NCBI GenBank assembly: GCA_016839555.1
Contig: JAEOUA010000010.1
Span: 416,001 to 480,000, forward strand
DNA length: 64,000 nucleotides
Reading direction: 5' to 3'
Origin: Promethearchaeota archaeon
Lineage (GTDB): Archaea; Asgardarchaeota; Lokiarchaeia; Sigyniarchaeales; SOKP01
The notes below the pieces were generated by a model, which made no database searches, had not been told where the DNA came from, and saw nothing but the letters and a program-made list of their open reading frames with translations. This document shows, piece after piece, positions 61,198 through 64,000 of this stretch; the stretch's first letter is position 1; every line of letters begins with the position of its first letter. Made by a program: the position numbers and the translations under genes.

Positions 61198-62691
61198 ATG
61201 CGAACTTATTTTCAAAAAATAAAAATTCCATTAATATTGATTCTTATCTCAGTAATCTTAATGATTTTCTCGGGAGTCGCAAATTACTTTAACTTTTATA
61301 ATTCTGGACCTTTTAATATTTGTCTTTTTGGCGCAATAATCTTTGCTGGATTGTTTTTCGTTGCAATTTTTATAATCTTATATATCTATTTCCATGATTA
61401 TGTATTTACAATCAAATCATCATCAACAATAAAAGGAAAAATCAAAACAATTCTTCGAAATATTTGTATATTTATCTTCGCTTTAGTTATCTCTCTGACC
61501 ACATTATTAGGAGTTATGCTTTCTTATTATTATACGCGTCCTGCACCCTCTTTCGAAAGCCCCCCATTTGTATACTTAAATACATGGACTGCAATTCCAA
61601 GTGGAGATCAAATAGAGAAACATCATAAATCCAATACGGAATTACTTTATTATAACAACAGTTTTTGGATGGTCTATCAAAATAGTAAATGGCATCTAGA
61701 GGATAAAAACGGTGAGCTCGTGGTCGCTTGGTCTCCGAATGCATTAGAAGGAACATGGATCACTGTCGCAAAAATAAAAGCACCTGGATATGATGTACGA
61801 GATCCACTGCTTACTGTCATCAATGATACTATGTTTCTGTATTTTCTGCCTAATTTTGAGTTTGACCCTGAACCAGAGGTGACTTATTGGTGTAAATCTA
61901 AGGATGGGATTCGCTGGACGATACCCCGATTAGTAACAATCAATGTTTCATATTCAGATGATTCTTGGGGTACCGAATGGCAATGGTGTTTTGGCAGAAC
62001 AGAGCCTATCACAAATGATAATAAAACTTGGTATGTCATGGCCTCAGGAAAGAAAGCAATGATAAGAGCTCAGACTATTTTATTAAAAACTAATGATGGT
62101 ATTTATTGGGAAGAAGTATCAGTGGTTCATGATGCTTTGTATTATGAACATTATCAAGGATCAGAAGCTTGTATCGAATTTCTTCCTAATGGAGAGTTGA
62201 TTTCAACGATACGAATAGCTTCGATGAGTTCGTGGACAGGTTACATCTTTGGAACACCTCATGCTGGTACAAGTATCGCAAAATCATATGATAATTTAAC
62301 TAAATGGTCATATGGTGCTGATTTTCAAACTAGACTGGATGGTGCTCGATTATTCACAATTAATAATAGAACATTTGCGGTAGGTAGAAATCATTTAGGA
62401 CCTGGCTTGGTTGGGAATCATCTTGGGAGAAAGCGTACTGCAGTCTACGAAGTAAAACCAAATCGATTGATTCATTTATTTGATCTGCCAAGCAACGGAG
62501 ACACAGCATATACGGGCGTTTGTGTAGTAAATGGCATTGTGTATGTAAGCTATTATACTAATCCGATTCAGCATGATCTTCCATGGATTATAGGACTGGC
62601 ATTTTTTTCTGAATCGGAGATAAGAATAGCAGCATTTAGTGCTGTAGGTTTATTATATTATGCAAATACGAAAGGTGGGTTGATTGGCTGA
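61198..62691 (+). CDS. Membrane-anchored sialidase/BNR-like beta-propeller protein
   Basis: Three N-terminal TMs; Asp-box-like SKDGIRW, TNDGIYW; GDTAY...YVSYY. Confidence 0.6.
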   Translation: MRTYFQKIKIPLILILISVILMIFSGVANYFNFYNSGPFNICLFGAIIFAGLFFVAIFIILYIYFHDYVFTIKSSSTIKGKIKTILRNICIFIFALVISLTTLLGVMLSYYYTRPAPSFESPPFVYLNTWTAIPSGDQIEKHHKSNTELLYYNNSFWMVYQNSKWHLEDKNGELVVAWSPNALEGTWITVAKIKAPGYDVRDPLLTVINDTMFLYFLPNFEFDPEPEVTYWCKSKDGIRWTIPRLVTINVSYSDDSWGTEWQWCFGRTEPITNDNKTWYVMASGKKAMIRAQTILLKTNDGIYWEEVSVVHDALYYEHYQGSEACIEFLPNGELISTIRIASMSSWTGYIFGTPHAGTSIAKSYDNLTKWSYGADFQTRLDGARLFTINNRTFAVGRNHLGPGLVGNHLGRKRTAVYEVKPNRLIHLFDLPSNGDTAYTGVCVVNGIVYVSYYTNPIQHDLPWIIGLAFFSESEIRIAAFSAVGLLYYANTKGGLIG

Positions 62692-62815
62692 AGAAGAAAG
62701 AGATAGAGAACTAAGCAAAACTCGACAATTCATAATTGAACTTATCATCATGTTAATTGTTGGGTTTTTAGTGATTTTTCCATTTTCATTATATGTATAT
62801 CATTTCTTTATATAA
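62684..62815 (+). CDS. Small single-TM protein, 43 aa (not in ORF track)
   Basis: TTG start overlapping the upstream stop; MAEEERDRELSKTRQFIIELIIMLIVGFLVIFPFSLYVYHFFI*. Confidence 0.55.
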   Translation: MAEEERDRELSKTRQFIIELIIMLIVGFLVIFPFSLYVYHFFI

Positions 62816-62833
62816 TACGGAGGAGATATTCAA

Positions 62834-62974
62834 ATGGGAAGAAAAGAACTATGGGAATCAATTAAAGAGAATAAATGGACGATTTGGAAATATTTCAGAG
62901 CGATTTATTGGATAGCAATATTCACTATATCTGTAGTGTTTATACTCATACTTGTAGTCACACTTTTTATCTAA
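62834..62974 (+). CDS. Small single-TM protein, 46 aa (not in ORF track)
   Basis: GGAGG SD; MGRKELWESIKENKWTIWKYFRAIYWIAIFTISVVFILILVVTLFI*. Confidence 0.6.
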   Translation: MGRKELWESIKENKWTIWKYFRAIYWIAIFTISVVFILILVVTLFI

Positions 62975-63067
62975 TTAATTAAATCCTTTTTTTTTATCGT
63001 TCTTTTTAATAAAAAATTTTTTAATATCAAATCAATTTTTAACGAATATTAAATTAAATAAGTAGGT

Positions 63068-64000
63068 ATGAAAGATTTGAAAAATAACTATATAATTGCT
63101 TATGATTTAGGAACAACTGGAAATAAAGCAGCTTTATATGATTTAGAATTAAATTTAATTTGTAGTACGACCGGGGATTATTCTCTTTATTATCCTAAAA
63201 AAGGATGGGCGGAACAAAACCCAGAAGATTTTTGGAATTCCATGATTAAAACCACTAAAGAAATCTTGAATACTTCAAATATTGAGCCAGAGAGCATTCA
63301 AGCAATTATTTGCGATTGTCAAATGAATTCAACCATTCCAATTGATGGAGATGGAAATCCCTTAATGAATTGTATTAGTTGGCTTGATACAAGAGCAGCA
63401 GAAATAACCAATGAGTTTAGAAAGGGGCTAATAAAAATTTCTGGTTTTGGTCTTAGAAATTTATTCATGTTTCTAAAAATTACTGGAGGTGCGCCTGGTA
63501 CAAATGGGAAAGATCCAATTTCTCATATTCTATGGTTAAAGAAAGAAAGACCCGAAATTTATAAAAATACTTTCAAATTTCTTAGCGTTAAGGATTTTAT
63601 TATTTATAGATGTACTGATGCTGCCGTCACCTCACGTGATTTAGGAAATACAAGTTGGTTAATGAATACCCATCCAGATATATATACTTGGTCTGATAAA
63701 ATCTTAGATAAATTAGATATCGATAAGGATAAACTGCCTGAGATAAGGCTATCTACAGAAGTTGCTGGAAAATTAAATAAAGATGCCGCTAATAATTTGG
63801 GGCTGCCTCAGAATTTACCGGTCTATGTAGGTTCTGGAGATATCGCTGCCGCAGCAATCGGTTCGGGAGCTGTAATTGAAAATCAAATCCAAATATGTCT
63901 AGGTACTGCTGACTGGATAGGTGCACACACATCAAAGAGAAAAAAAGATTTACTTCATTATACAGGTTCCATTTGTTCTGCGAAAGAAGATTTTTTATGC
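63068..64000 (+). CDS. FGGY-family carbohydrate kinase (xylulokinase-like), runs off the window
   Basis: MKDLKNNYIIAYDLGTTGNKAALYD, GWAEQNPEDFW, WLDTRA, GSGD. Confidence 0.9.
   Translation, partial: MKDLKNNYIIAYDLGTTGNKAALYDLELNLICSTTGDYSLYYPKKGWAEQNPEDFWNSMIKTTKEILNTSNIEPESIQAIICDCQMNSTIPIDGDGNPLMNCISWLDTRAAEITNEFRKGLIKISGFGLRNLFMFLKITGGAPGTNGKDPISHILWLKKERPEIYKNTFKFLSVKDFIIYRCTDAAVTSRDLGNTSWLMNTHPDIYTWSDKILDKLDIDKDKLPEIRLSTEVAGKLNKDAANNLGLPQNLPVYVGSGDIAAAAIGSGAVIENQIQICLGTADWIGAHTSKRKKDLLHYTGSICSAKEDFLC

Noticed and set aside
5271-61756. The many 60-170 aa track ORFs overlapping longer genes (e.g. 14969-15397, 24252-24737, 27771-28283)
   Set aside because: Antisense or alternate-frame shadows of well-supported genes, with no motifs of their own
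1-64000. CRISPR arrays, rRNA genes, transposases or integrases
   Set aside because: No repeat-spacer periodicity, rRNA-like segment or recombinase motifs seen

Overview
This AT-rich archaeal window looks like Asgard archaea (Lokiarchaeia). That placement is inferred from Alba, UPF0147, an archaeosortase with an IPGF-TM-basic C-terminal substrate, expanded 7TM proteins and a eukaryote-like SECIS. Most of the window is metabolic and housekeeping genes, plus a partly decaying carbohydrate-use cluster at about 19.8-30.1 kb. Four signals are not explained by the ORF track. (1) A histone-deacetylase-family gene is split by a 30-nt insertion (31264-31293, minus strand) that folds into a canonical bulge-helix-bulge (BHB) motif. 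Splicing at the textbook BHB sites removes the in-frame TGA and rebuilds the DxDxHxGDG motif, making it a candidate tRNA-type intron in an mRNA. (2) A tRNA-Pro(CGG) carries a 30-nt BHB intron at a non-canonical T-loop site. (3) A hidden peroxiredoxin-like selenoprotein has a double-Sec UxxU motif and a eukaryote-type SECIS just after its stop codon. (4) Two tandem P2-type ATPases have lost the ion-binding PEGL glutamate and read PIN(L/I), resembling the PISL motif of P4 flippases. All calls come from reading the sequence by eye; no searches or folding programs were run.
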